Below are positions 10,767 to 23,200 of a stretch of DNA of 64,000 nucleotides, one piece after another. Origin of the DNA: Pelagomonas calceolata (lineage: Eukaryota). The DNA lies in contig CAKKNE010000002.1 of assembly GCA_918797485.1 (NCBI GenBank), forward strand, positions 2,666,001-2,730,000. The letters run 5' to 3'. The notes beneath the pieces are model-generated. The model saw only the letters and a list, made by a program, of their open reading frames with translations, was not told where the DNA came from and made no database searches. How positions within the stretch are numbered: the stretch's first letter is position 1; every line of letters starts with the position of its first letter. Both the position numbers and the translations under genes were made by a program.

Positions 10767-12128
10767 ATGAAACGCGCCACCCCCCAGCCCGTCGACGACG
10801 AGGCCACCACGCCCTTCATCCCGCGCAACGACTCCGTGACGAATTTGGACGCGCAGCCTCGAGGCCCCATCCGGTGGGGCGCCCTCAACCAGTCCCAGAC
10901 GGCCCTCGAGGAAAGGTTAAGGACGGTCTGCCTCGCTATTTGTGCTGGAGGTGTTGTGAGCTGGGGCCTCGCGAAGCTTAAGTTCGCGCTCGTCCCGCTC
11001 GTCTTATCACTGGCGCTGCGCTACTTACTGCAGCCCATGATCGACGCCCTGACGAGGACAGCCGCCAGACGACGGTGGCGCCGCGACGAACCCTCCAAAC
11101 TCGACGAGGCCCTCGCGAAACGATGTGGTAAGTTAGGCAAGGCCTGCGTGTTGATGAAGCGGAAATGTACTCGTTTAGCTTTACCTTATTCTATGGCCGT
11201 GCTCGTGTCGCTGGCTTTGGCTCTGGGTTTGTTAATCTTCGTGGCCATGCTCATCGCGGAGAGCGTGAGGGATTTCACTGGTAGAGCTGATGCATATGCG
11301 GAGCAGGTCCAGAACGCGTTGGTGATTATTGTGCGGTGGATGGACGCTTATGGTATTTCACATAAGTGGCGGCGGACGTCCTCTTTAACTCATTTGGCGG
11401 AAAAACTACAATTGAGTGCTTGGGTGACCGCAACCGTGTTCTCGATCGGAGAAGGCTTACTCAGTCTGTTGTCGACGACGTTCCTAGTGATTCTCTTCAC
11501 ACTATACTTGCTCTTGACACCCTCGTTAACAAACGAGGAGGAGGAAGAAGGCGACGACACGCCCAAGGCCTCGGTCTTCCAACGCAAAGTCGACCGGCAG
11601 ATCCACACCTACGTCAAAGGTAAAGTCGCGCTGTCGGCGCTGGTCGCTATTCTCACAGCTGGTTTGCTCTACGCCCTACGCGTGGACCTATGGCTCGCCT
11701 TCAGCGTCGTCGCGTTCTTTGCCAACTTTGTACCTAATCTGGGCGCTATCGTGGCGGTGGCACTGCCGATGCCTGTGGTGTTGATCGACCCCGACGGGAG
11801 TCCTTTTCATTCGGGGATGGCGTTCTTCTCGTTGGTGCTGATGCACGCGCTCGTGGGCAACGTCGTCGAGCCCGTGTTTTTTGGGCATAGCATGCGCCTG
11901 CACCCCGTCGTTGTTCTACTGAGTCTGATGATCTGGGGTTTTATATGGGGCGTCCCCGGCTGCGTGCTGGCGGTGCCGATCACGGCGGTGCTGCGGATCT
12001 ACCTGCAGTCGATCGACCACCCGCTGGCGTTGGCCTTGGCAAACGTGCTGGACGGCTTCGCGCGACCGGTGTCGGCGTTCCTGCCCCCGCCGAGCGAACG
12101 TCCGTCGACCGCTTACGCAGCAGTGTAA
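10767..12128 (+). CDS. AI-2E (PerM/UPF0118) family membrane transporter
   Basis: Multi-TM; FFANFVPNLG, GNVVEP, LHPVVVLLSLMIWGFIWGVPGCVLAVP. Confidence 0.85.
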   Translation: MKRATPQPVDDEATTPFIPRNDSVTNLDAQPRGPIRWGALNQSQTALEERLRTVCLAICAGGVVSWGLAKLKFALVPLVLSLALRYLLQPMIDALTRTAARRRWRRDEPSKLDEALAKRCGKLGKACVLMKRKCTRLALPYSMAVLVSLALALGLLIFVAMLIAESVRDFTGRADAYAEQVQNALVIIVRWMDAYGISHKWRRTSSLTHLAEKLQLSAWVTATVFSIGEGLLSLLSTTFLVILFTLYLLLTPSLTNEEEEEGDDTPKASVFQRKVDRQIHTYVKGKVALSALVAILTAGLLYALRVDLWLAFSVVAFFANFVPNLGAIVAVALPMPVVLIDPDGSPFHSGMAFFSLVLMHALVGNVVEPVFFGHSMRLHPVVVLLSLMIWGFIWGVPGCVLAVPITAVLRIYLQSIDHPLALALANVLDGFARPVSAFLPPPSERPSTAYAAV

Positions 12129-12293
12129 TGTACGATAATAGTACATGCGTTCCGCAGCTTCGCGAATCGCGACCCCGGGCCCACAAGCTCACGCCGCGGC
12201 GAGTTGGCGGCACTTGTTGCGGCCCGAGTGCGGCCCGCCCCATCGGAACCCCGCCCCAGGCCAACGCTGTGTTGTGGGTCGTACAATACTTAG

Positions 12294-14945
12294 TTATGAA
12301 CGCAGCTTCGCGATGCGACACGCCGCCAGGTTGCGCCCGAAGAGCGCCCGTTCCGCATCTAGGCGCTTCCGGAGCGCGTCGCGGAGCTTCAGGAGAGGCC
12401 GCCTCAACGGCGCGTGCGCGCTCACTTCCCGCGCGTGCAGTTTGAGAGATAGAGCCGCCGCCCGCGCGCAGAGTTCAACGTCCACACTCTCGTCGCCGTC
12501 CAACGCGTCGGCGAGGAACTCCAGCAACACGGCCACCAGATCCACCGGTAACACTAATAGAGCCGGCTCCAGGTCCGCCGCGCTCGTCAAATCACCTAAC
12601 CTTCTCAGGACATATCTCCGCGGCGCCATGCCGAGCAATAGTGGAGACGGCGCCGGCGGTTGGGTCCCCTTCTCGAGCGCAGCCGCTCGGACGGCAGCCT
12701 CGCCCTGCGCCAGTTCCAGCGCCTCGGCTATTCTTTCCGCACCCTTCTGGGCCGCGTGCGACGTCTTGGCCGGTATGATGTGACCGGACGCGCCCGGCTG
12801 CGCCACCTCGTCGAGGCCGTCGCCTAGTTTATCCAATGTAGCATCGAGTTGCGCATCCTGCTCCTCGGACGCGAAGACGGGCTCGTCCGTGCGCGCCCAA
12901 CATCTTAATGCCCGATCCGCGCCCGCCGTGTAGAGCGCGCTCCCGTCCGGGTTCGAAGCGACACTCCAAACCTCGGACGTGTGGCCCCTTCTGAATAATT
13001 GCACAAAAGGCGTCTCCAACCGGTCGCAGTCCCACTGTTTGACAGAGCCGTCCTTGCTGGTCGTGATGCAGTAATGCGTGCCCCGCAGCCACTGGAGGCC
13101 GGTCACGGCGTCGTCGTGGGCTAATATCGACCGTCGTAGGTCGCCGAACTCGAGGCCCCACAATTTTAAAGTTTTGTCCGACGAGCCCGTCGCGAGTAAC
13201 TTGCCATCAGACGAACCACCGACACATAAACACGGCAGCGAATGGCCGTAGAGCGACACCTTGAACTTGAACGTATCCGCATACAGCACCCGGACACAAT
13301 GGTCGGTCGTCGCGACGCAGACGAAGCCGTCCTTTCTCCCTCGCGCGTCCCGCGCGAAGGCCACCGCGAGGCATTCTTCGCCTTCGATCGGTAGGGTCTT
13401 CGCGTGCGTGAGACCGTCATCCCCATGGGTCCAGAGTTTCACCAGCGGGTCGCCCCCGCAACTCACGACACAAGTTGTGTCCATCGCAGTCGCGGACACG
13501 GCCAGGGCTAGGACGGCACCGGCGTGGGCCACGGAACCGTCGCTGTCTCTAGCTTCTTTAGTGTCACCGGACGCCGCGTCGACCTCCAACAACCCACCGC
13601 TCTTGAGGCCCGCGACCAATTTTCTACCACCCGGCAAAAACGCGACCGCGAGCACCGCCTTCGCCGCGTCGAGCGTCCTCAACAACCTCGCGTCGTCGCT
13701 CCAGATCTTCACGCACTTCGACGCCGCCGAAGCGACGGCGGCGCCGTCGTCGGACACGGCCACCGCGCGGACCGCCGACCGGTGGCCGGGCAGTTGTAAC
13801 GTCCGCACCGCGGCCTCCGCGTTGTCAGCGGCGTCCGCGACGGAGCCCTTGCGCGTCATTTGTGAGGTTATTGACGCGTCTCTTAACTCCAGCTCGTTCG
13901 TCCGCGTCGACAGGACCAGCGACACCGTCGACGACGTCACGGCAACAACACAGAAGGAGCGCAGCCGGTGCTCCGACGTTATGATAGATAGGGGCTCGAG
14001 CTCGTCCGCCGCGGCCACTTCATCATTCTCATCGGTGAGGCCCTTTTCGCGCCGCCTTCGGGCCCGCCGCTTCGCCTTTTTTGCCGCGTCAGCGGCGCCT
14101 CGTACCCGAAACAACTCCAGCGTCCGCCCGTGCGTCAGGGCCGCCAGGATTCTAGGTGCCACAAACCTAAGCTGCTGGCAGGGCTCCATGGCGTGGCGTT
14201 TTATGGAACCGAGCCCGTCCAGCGGCGCCTCCGCGTCGACGTCCAGGCGCCACAACCGCAACTCCCGGTCCCCGGCGCCCGTCACGACGCGGTTCGATTC
14301 TGGATCATGATCAATACCCACAGCCACGCCGCCGCCGGCGCCCGTGATCGTTTGTATGCAGTGCTGCATTCTCGCGTCCCAGATTTTTATCAGGCCGTCG
14401 CGCGACGTCGACGCGACGAGACGCCTCCCATCGGACCCGGCCGCCCAGTCCCCGAGACACGCGAGATCCGTGACGGCGGCGCGGTGGCCCACGAGTCTGT
14501 GACTCGCGCGCTCCGCGACGACGTCGATCAGCACGATGTCGCCGTTCGCGCCGCCCGTTACGAGCGTAGCGGCGAAGGGGCACCACCGGAGCGCTTGCAC
14601 CGCGGCCCGGTGGTGGTCGTGGGCCTGGGGCGTGTCCGCGTCGCCCCGCCACACGCGCACTAAACCGGACGCGCAGGCGGCCGCGATGGATCCGTCGACC
14701 GCCGCCGCCACGGCCACGACCTCGCCGCGCGGCCCGTCGAGCGGCGACGCTCCCACCAAGTCGGTTTCGTCGCCGCGTCTCAGTGTTCGAGTGCGTTCGC
14801 CCGTCCTCACGCGCCAGCAGACGACGTCGCGGCCAGCGCCGCAGACCACTTCTTTGGTGTTAGGCAGGGCGGCGACGGGCGCGCGCGGCGAGGTGATGAT
14901 GCCCGCGAACCACTGCGGCGCGTAGCGGAGGTAGTTCTTCTCCAT
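12294..14945 (-). CDS. WDR3: WD repeat protein 3 / Utp12 (SSU processome)
   Basis: N-terminal YLRY, many WD40 repeats, FKFKVSLYGHSLP, KLWGLEFGD, C-terminal Utp12-like helical domain. Confidence 0.9.
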   Translation of the reverse strand: MEKNYLRYAPQWFAGIITSPRAPVAALPNTKEVVCGAGRDVVCWRVRTGERTRTLRRGDETDLVGASPLDGPRGEVVAVAAAVDGSIAAACASGLVRVWRGDADTPQAHDHHRAAVQALRWCPFAATLVTGGANGDIVLIDVVAERASHRLVGHRAAVTDLACLGDWAAGSDGRRLVASTSRDGLIKIWDARMQHCIQTITGAGGGVAVGIDHDPESNRVVTGAGDRELRLWRLDVDAEAPLDGLGSIKRHAMEPCQQLRFVAPRILAALTHGRTLELFRVRGAADAAKKAKRRARRRREKGLTDENDEVAAADELEPLSIITSEHRLRSFCVVAVTSSTVSLVLSTRTNELELRDASITSQMTRKGSVADAADNAEAAVRTLQLPGHRSAVRAVAVSDDGAAVASAASKCVKIWSDDARLLRTLDAAKAVLAVAFLPGGRKLVAGLKSGGLLEVDAASGDTKEARDSDGSVAHAGAVLALAVSATAMDTTCVVSCGGDPLVKLWTHGDDGLTHAKTLPIEGEECLAVAFARDARGRKDGFVCVATTDHCVRVLYADTFKFKVSLYGHSLPCLCVGGSSDGKLLATGSSDKTLKLWGLEFGDLRRSILAHDDAVTGLQWLRGTHYCITTSKDGSVKQWDCDRLETPFVQLFRRGHTSEVWSVASNPDGSALYTAGADRALRCWARTDEPVFASEEQDAQLDATLDKLGDGLDEVAQPGASGHIIPAKTSHAAQKGAERIAEALELAQGEAAVRAAALEKGTQPPAPSPLLLGMAPRRYVLRRLGDLTSAADLEPALLVLPVDLVAVLLEFLADALDGDESVDVELCARAAALSLKLHAREVSAHAPLRRPLLKLRDALRKRLDAERALFGRNLAACRIAKLRS

Positions 14946-15291
14946 CGCTCTGTGGTTGATCAGCTGTGTAGTGCTGCTGCAAGCGTTGGAGAACTGAGGT
15001 CTGGGTAGCTGGCTACTGTTCTTGCTTATGCTACTGCTCTTGCATCATCAAAGTGAGCAATGCGGCAATGCGTCGCTCGTCGAGTGCTGCTTTTGCAAAA
15101 GGCTAGCATGCTGCAAAGCCGGCAGCAAAAAAGCTGCACAGCGCACGCGGGCACAGGACTGCAAGAGCAAGGCTGAGTGTGTTCAAAATCCAGCGTGAAC
15201 GCGTGCGAAACGCTGGTAAAACGCCTACGGGCAGAGACCCAGCAGGCATAGAGGACTGCAGCACCAAGCGAAAGTTTTGCGCGCGGCACGC

Positions 15292-16902
15292 ATGGCGCAC
15301 CTCAGACGACTGCTGTGCTGCAGCAGCCTCGCGCTCGTCGCCGCGAAGCGCCGGTCGCCCAGCGAGCGGACGCCGGAGCGCCGCAGCCCGCGCCGCGGCC
15401 TGCTCTTCGCCGGCGACGCCGATCCCGAGCGGTATTACAACGCGTCCTGGACGCCGGGCCCACCCCAAGCGTGGAATTCGACGCGACGCCTCACCTCCAC
15501 CAATCTGATCGACCCGGCGGCGCACGCCGTCACGAGCCTGCCCGGCCTGCCGGCCGACTGGGCCGGCCGCCACTGGGCCGGCATGGTGGACTCGGACGAT
15601 CGGACGGGCGGCCGCCTCTTCTACTGGCTCTTTGAGAAAAAAGAAAGCGGGCCGGCGCCGGTCATCATTTGGCTCAATGGAGGGCCCGGCTGCTCGAGCA
15701 TGGACGGGCTATTCTTGGAGCTCGGGCCGTTGAAACTTGCGCCACGCGGCGCGACGCCGGCGCTACGGACCCGCGGCGAGAGCTGGCACCGCGCGGCCCA
15801 CGCGCTGTTCGTCGACCAGCCCGTGGGCACTGGGTTCTCCAGAACGTCGCCGCGCGGCTACTGCAAAAACGACCAGTGCATCGTCGACCAGTTCGAGACG
15901 TTTCTGGCGCGGCTCGCCCGGAGCCACCCCGACCTCTTGCTGAAGGATGCCGCGACGTCGGTGCCGATCTACTTCGCGGGCGAGAGCCACGCCGGGCACT
16001 ACATCCCGTTGATGGTCCAGAAACTGCTGTATTACGCCACTTCTGGTATTCAGTGGGACGTGAAGGGCGCGGCCCTCGGCAACGCGTGGGTCGACCCCTG
16101 GCACCAGTACGACGCGACGCGAGCAGCTAGAGCCCTAGGCATCATCTCCGACCAAGAAGCGTCGCGCATCGTGGTCAAGGAGAAGTCGTGCCAGGCGAAA
16201 CTATCGAGGGGCACGTACGTTTCGAAGGAGTGCTGGGATTTACTTGATGACGTATTACGTGTCACACGAACGCGAGCCGGGCGCATCGGTCTGGGAGCCA
16301 ACCAGTACGACGCGCGCGACGCCGTGCGCTCCAGTCGCTTCTTCCCGCCCGACCACGAGCGGGTGGAAGCGTACATGAATCGTCCTGACGTGAGAACGGC
16401 TTTACACGTGGACCGGGCGTCGCAGCGGTTCCGGGAGTGCGCGGACCCGCCCTATGACGCTCTGAGACACCAGGACGGGCTCGGCGTCGTGCCTACTCTT
16501 AGGAGATTGTTAGATGGTCCAAAGGCTGTGCGCCTCCTCTTCTACAACGGCGACATGGACTTGATCTGCAACCACCTCGGCGTCGAGCGGAGCCTCGCGG
16601 CGCTGGCGTGGACGGGCCGCGATCAATTCAGAGACCAGAGGCGACGCGCGTGGATTAGGGGAGACGTTACTGTAGGCCACGTGCGCCGGGCCAAGAATCT
16701 GGAGCTCCTCGTGGTCCGCGACAGCGGTCATATGGTGCCCATGGACCAACCGGAAATTGCATTGGACATGATCGATAGCTTCATTACTGGTAAGCCGATC
16801 GGTGGCGACCCACCCGCGCCGGGCGCCTGCGCGAATTCATGCGCACTGGAGGCGCGCCACCACGGGCGCTTCCGCCGCTACCGGGGCTCCGGCCACTTCT
16901 AG
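15292..16902 (+). CDS. Serine carboxypeptidase S10 (Kex1-like), signal peptide
   Basis: WLNGGPGCSS, VDQPVGTGFS, GESHAG, GDMDLICN, GHMVPMDQP. Confidence 0.92.
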   Translation: MAHLRRLLCCSSLALVAAKRRSPSERTPERRSPRRGLLFAGDADPERYYNASWTPGPPQAWNSTRRLTSTNLIDPAAHAVTSLPGLPADWAGRHWAGMVDSDDRTGGRLFYWLFEKKESGPAPVIIWLNGGPGCSSMDGLFLELGPLKLAPRGATPALRTRGESWHRAAHALFVDQPVGTGFSRTSPRGYCKNDQCIVDQFETFLARLARSHPDLLLKDAATSVPIYFAGESHAGHYIPLMVQKLLYYATSGIQWDVKGAALGNAWVDPWHQYDATRAARALGIISDQEASRIVVKEKSCQAKLSRGTYVSKECWDLLDDVLRVTRTRAGRIGLGANQYDARDAVRSSRFFPPDHERVEAYMNRPDVRTALHVDRASQRFRECADPPYDALRHQDGLGVVPTLRRLLDGPKAVRLLFYNGDMDLICNHLGVERSLAALAWTGRDQFRDQRRRAWIRGDVTVGHVRRAKNLELLVVRDSGHMVPMDQPEIALDMIDSFITGKPIGGDPPAPGACANSCALEARHHGRFRRYRGSGHF

Positions 16903-17263
16903 TAGAGTTGTGTAACGTGTTGATCGTCGTGTACTAATACTGGCCCTTGCTCCCTTACCCTCGGTCTCCGACTCTCCGCGGAGTGCCGGGCGACTCTGGA
17001 GCATGGTCAAGTCGGTCGGGAATTAATGTAATAGCGTCATTATACTTTACCTCAATCGTGTCGTCGCTGATAGTCGCAGCTTTGGTTTTTGAGCCAAAAA
17101 AAATCACTCCCTATTACTAACCAGTAACCAGCCAGTGCTGATGAGTCGGAGGAAATTCCCCCAGGCTGTTCAAAGTCGCCTCTGCCAGTGGGTCCCTAGC
17201 TCGTAGCGAGCGTTGCTCCCCCCTCGATGTCGCGAATTTACTATTGTATTTTCTTACAATTTG

Positions 17264-20200
17264 CTAGTCGTCCAGCTGCGACAGCATCGCCACGCCGCGC
17301 TTGATCCAGTGCTGCTGCGTGTGCTCCTTGGCCATGGGCACGCGGATGAACATGACGAAGTTCGTCGAATGGCCCGTGGTGCTGAGGACGCCCGCTCGGG
17401 CGCTTTCCCTGTATACCGGTACCTGGTACTTGTGTGCGGTACCTCGAATCGCGCCCGTGTACAACTCGGGTCGGCCAATGACCTCCTCGATGTCGCCCTT
17501 GACCTTGGGCTGCATATGGAACATCGGACAAGTCGTGTACAATTCCCTAGGTCGCGATTCCGCAATAACATGTTTCTCAACATCCCAGCGCGCCCCCTCG
17601 AAGAACAACCCGTGACAGACGGATCCATCCGGTATTTTTTCGGCAGTAGCCTTCCGTTCCTCGTCCGGTCGTAGTATGGCAAAATCGAACGCGACCGTAT
17701 CGATGGGCAACTGATACTTCCGCGCGTAATTCTGCAGCGTACCCGTAATAAACGCTTGTATGAAGTAGAAGCCGCTGATCCAGAAGATATTTGGGGGCAC
17801 CAAGGCATCGAACCAGTCCTGCAGGAATTTTAGTCTCGCAATAAGATCCAAGACCCACGAGCCTAACGGCTTTCTGGAGGGGTAGGCCGCCTTGGCCCAG
17901 GCTCCGGGCACCTTGCCCGTCACCATGGAGTTGCCCATGGTCTCCAGTTCTCCGCTCATGACCACCAGACCCTTAATGGCGCGCTGCACTTCTTTTAGCA
18001 TGCCCTTGATGAGGTCCGTCAAGTTGTTAAACCTCTGCAGCTCTTGCGTGAGTACGGTGTTCATGGCCTCGTCGTAGCGCACAGGGAATTGAATGAGGGC
18101 GAGTTCAATGTCGTACGCCGGCGGCAGCCGACCCTCGATGTCGGCGCTCACCTCCGCAAGTTGGTCGTCCCACGACATGCCGCCGCCGCCTCCCGACCGC
18201 GGTTGCAAGCTTAGTACCGTGTTCAGCAGGAGATTCGTCTCCCCCAGAGCACAAGTGATGTTCGCGTTGTCGTGGAGGCCGAAGAGCTCGGGCCCCTCCG
18301 TGTACGGTAGGCTGTTGACGTACTCCGCATAACTTCCAAGGGGCCCTTCGGGCGGCGCGTAATAAGTACCGGACGGAGAAAACCGGTACTCGTCGGGCTG
18401 GATGATCACGTCGTAGAAGTCCGTGAGCATGTTCGCCAGGCATCGTCGGTCCTTATCGTCCGTGACGCGCCCGCCGTAGTTGCACTCTCCAGTAAGGTAC
18501 CTTAACGCAGCATACGGGACGTCCGCGTCGCTCTCGAGGTTCTCGAAGAAGATGCGGAGCTGGTCCATGGAAATCTTGAGATCCGTGCCCGAAAACACAT
18601 ATTTCATGTTCCAGCCGAGCGGGCCGTACTTCCGCCGTTCGCGTACCAACGCGTGGAAGAAGCACAGGCCGAACAGGAGCTTCTTGAACTCTCCGGATCT
18701 CTCAATGCCCTCGATGAACTCCTCGGTCACGACCTTCGTGTATGATCCTATTAAATTGGCTCGCACGCCCTTCGGGGGCTCGATGGTCATCTTGATGCCG
18801 TTCTGCAGGATGAAGGCCGGGAAGTGCGGCGACGGTTCCGACGTCAACCACAATCTAAATGATTCGCTGATTCTATCCGGGGAGAGTTCCTCGCATAACC
18901 GCTCCAAAGTAGGCATCCACGAAATACACAAGTGGCAATTCTGCAAACAGACCCAGGTGCCCTTGTCTTGCGCTTCGTTGATGGCGGCGTACGCGATGTC
19001 GCCCTGGCCCTGGCCCAGCGATATCGCATGCAACTTCTTCCCGCCGAACCCCTTTTCCTCGGCTAATGCAAAAAGTGCCGACATGGGATCCGCGCCCGGC
19101 GTCAGCACGAATAATAAGGGAGTGAAGCACTTCGAGTCGTCGTAACATGCCCCCAAGTCAAATTGGGGCACCTCGATGAATCGAGCGCCCATCTCGTCCT
19201 TGACGAAGGCCTGCACCTCTGGTACGACCGCATCCGGTCTGACCGCTCGTAGTAGACATAAGTGTTGAAACGCCGTATAGCCCCGATCGTTCGGTCCCGT
19301 CTTGACGCCGTCCTCATTCCTTCCAGCGGGTGGCCCGACAAGCGCCTGGATGTCCGCCATCGGTTGTTTAGAATCGTAGACGCCCTTCCACGCGTCCAAC
19401 TGGCCCACGAAGGTGTCCACAAAACCGTCGAAAGCAGGTAAGTGGCCAATCGCCAGGATGTCGCCCCAGCACTTGTCCGTGAGCCAATCTGTGGAAGGTA
19501 ACTCCCTTTCCCTATCCATGGCCGTGTTGCCGGCTAACAGGAACCGCAAGTGCGCCGCGTCTAATTTACCTTGCCCGGACATGATTTTGACGGTCAATAA
19601 GAATGAGAACAACAGCTTGTCCTTTTCAAACAACGACCGACACACATTCAAGTACAAGATATACGTGAACGTATTTTTGAGGTTCTCGAGGCGCTGTTCT
19701 AAATTAGGCGCGGCCTCGGCCTTTTCCATGGCGTCGACAAAGAGCGCCTGGTACCACTCCATACTATATTGATACATCGGGTCTATAACTGATAAATCCG
19801 CGATGCAGAAGAACAGCCGCGACCCATGAAAAGCTAATGGTTTATATCCGATTCTAGTCTTGGCAATAATAGCAAAGGTCTTCGCGGCGATCTTCTGCTT
19901 CTTCTCAATTTTCACCGATTTTATTTTGGAATCTTTGAGGGTCTCAATGAGGACCTCGTCGTCCAAGATGTTGCCTTCCGAGTTCTTGAGCAAGTAGAGA
20001 ATCTTGTCCTCGATCTCCTTCAACGCTCGCTTGTTCTCCGCGTCCTCCAACACCAACGCTTCCCGTTGCTGCTCGAGAGCCGCTTCTTCGCACGCGACCG
20101 CCAAGCCGAGCATCTGGTCCTCCAACCCTTCGGCCGTGGCCATGAAATTCAGCAGATTCACTTTCACGCACAACTCGGGGGGATAGTGGGGGTTCCGCAT

Positions 20201-23200
20201 CTTCGAGGTGATGAAGAGTAGGAACGCGTCGTCGTACTCGATCTCGCCGTCGCCGAACTTGAGGGTTTTCGCGCCGCCTCGGACCACGACTTGCTTCAGC
20301 AAAACAGGTTCCAAAACGGGATCTAAGACCTCGCCGACGTTCTCTATTAATACCGGAGTCCCGAATGGTATGGCATTTTCTATCGTACGGGCAAAGGTCG
20401 CCTGGTTCAATTTCACGACTTTCAACGTTTCGCCGTACGTCTTCTTGATCCACTTGTTAGCTTGACCCTGGGGATCGATCATGAGGGGCCACCGGTTGCT
20501 CCGCTCCAGCATGATGGCGTTTTCCACGCTAAATTCGTCGTTCGGCAGCTTGTTGATGACCCATTCTCGGATCGCGACTTCCTCGCCGAGTGTCGACCGT
20601 AACGTAAAGCCGTCGGTCGACGGGATCTGCTTTTCTGACAACTGTTCCTTCCACGCTACCAGAGCGTCTTCTCGGTAGGAGACGACAAATGCCCCAAGAT
20701 ACGCAATAACCCCAGAAGATAGTAAGATGTCACCCGTCACATTGACGTACAACCCAGCTAACTCTTGCGAGAGCGCGGACCACCGCGATTTCTCCCCACC
20801 GAGCCCCTTGATGAGCTCTTCGGCGCGTTTCAGTTGCGTCGCGCATTTGGTCACGGAAGCTTGGAGGTCGCCCTTCTTCTTGTTCGCCGCATCTAGGCCT
20901 TCCTGGAGAGCCGCCAGCTTGTCCTGCACGGCTTTCAGGGCGGCTTCCTTGCCCGCCAAAGCTTCCGAGGCCTCCTTGAGCGACGTCTCCGCGGCCTTCA
21001 AGGCTTCTTTCTTCGGCCCGACGTTCTTGGCCACGGCGTCGTAGATCATCATCGCCGTGACCCACTTACATAAGCCAGCAGCCGCAATCGAGGCTTTTTT
21101 GACAACATCAACGGAAAACATCTCCATCTGCGTGTAGCCGTTCACTTTCACGACCATTTTTTCGTCCATGTTGTCCTTGTCGTAGTCTTTCAGGTTCTGG
21201 AGGAACCGCGCGTCGCCCAGGAGTTGTTTTTGCGCCGGGCCCCAATAATCATCGATTTTCTTCGTACCACCATTGGGATCCTTGATCTTGTCCGGCTTGA
21301 CGCCCATCATGAGGCAGACCGCCTCCATGACGAGCTTGACCGCGTCCGGGGGCTTCTTCATGGCCTTGACTTCGACGATGTCGCCCTTGCTGAGACTATC
21401 GAGGGCTTTGATGGCGCCCTGCAAGGCGGGCATGGCCTTATCCAGGTCCGCTTGGCAGTCGGCGGCGATTTTCGACGCTTCCGCGGCCTGCTGGTTACAC
21501 AGAGCGCGTTCCTTTGAGACCACAGCCTCCACTTCGTTGGCGTCCTTCGTGTCGACCGCAATCTTATCTAAGAGTGCGTCGGTCTCGATCGTGGCCTGTT
21601 TCAACTTCGGTTGCAAGGCCACGAGCTCCGTCTGCATGCCGTCGACTTGCGCCTCCGTAGATAAAATTTTCTCGAGACCATTGTCGTACCGCAGTTTGCG
21701 CTCCATGACGTCGTTGCGCTGGGCCCCCAGCAGCTTCTTGAAGGTATTGATCAATTCGAGATAGGACGTCGGCGTCACGTAGTAGTGGCGCTGCATCTCG
21801 GCGACGTATTTCACGGCCATCCCAGAAACGCGTTCCTGCATGTCGACGCACACGTCGACCACGCCGGCTTTGACGTCCTCCTCGATATCCACGTCTCCTA
21901 AGAAGTAGGACGCGACCGACCGCAGCGCCTGCTCGGGCCACGCCGTGAACCAATCCAAAGTACAGCAATTGACTAATGCCGGGAACATGCGCAACCGTCT
22001 CCGAAACGCATCGCCAATCGGCGACATCGTGATCACCACATGGAGATTGGCCCGACACCTAGAAATGAAGTACTTGTACATCTCCGCCATGATGCCGGTG
22101 TTGACTCCTGCCGCGTTGGCTGCGGGACCCAGCAAGTCGTTGATGACTGACAGGTCCTCCTGCACGAAGAGGTTGGGCACCTCGCCCGTGTTCAGGAGTA
22201 GGTTCACATCCTCGAGGAACGACTCGTAGACGATTTGGGTATCATCAAATAAGAAGACCGTAGGCACGCCCTCGCCATCTTCCGCTCCGGCGGCCGTGAG
22301 GATGCGTTTGAGGTCCTCGCCCCACTCGTTCCTGCCATAGGACTTGCCCACGGCGATCTGGCAGAACTTAAAGTCGCAGACGTAGACGGCTAACGTCGTG
22401 AGCGATTTACGACCGGAGCCGCCGACGCCCATTAATAAAGCGTTGCCGTAGGGCTGCGAGATGATACGCGCGATCCTCGACACGTGCTCCATCGCATTTA
22501 AGAAGAGCACGAGGGCCATCCTACTCCCGCTGTTCTGGTTGTAGTCCTTGAGGAAGTAGTCCATCGACTCCTGTAAATCTTCCTCCAACAGGACCTTCTT
22601 GTACATGCGCTTCTCGGGCATCTGCTGGTAGTCGAGATACGAGCCGAACATGAGCGGTAGGCCCTTTACGCAGACCTTCTTCTCGAAATCTAAGCCAAAG
22701 GCGTCGGAACAACCCTTGGACAGCTCGGCGACGAACCAGTCGCGATCGTGGTCGTTTATTAAACGATCGTGGAACACGCGCATGGCCTCGTGGCACCACA
22801 ACGAAACGAAGACGTCCTTCGCGTTGATCTCCTTCGGGCTCCCTTGCGTGATGCCCTGGAAGACCTTGGCCATGTCTCGCAGGTTGAAGGTGTAGTGCGA
22901 CTTCATGGGTGTAGGAAGTAATCCAGCGGCGATGGTATCATATATATTAATGGTAGCTTCCACGACCGAACCGGACAATTGCTTCACGGGATTCGCGTAG
23001 CCCTTGCCTAGCGCCCAGTCCATGATCGTACTGAACACTCTGGTAAGTGACTCGTTGTTGAACGGCACGAAGTTCAATAGGTTATAATGTCTGACATATC
23101 GCTGCGTGATAAATGTTCTACCACCACCGGGAGGCCCCATCGCCGCCACAAATTGAATATCTACGAGTTGCACGTAGGAGTTCTCCTCGCGGTTGTACCA

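Noticed and set aside
17136..17160. CTGATGAG...GAAA resembling a hammerhead ribozyme core or a C box
   Set aside because: Stem II cannot close (ggaaa rather than cgaaa), there are no convincing stems I/III, and no downstream D box.
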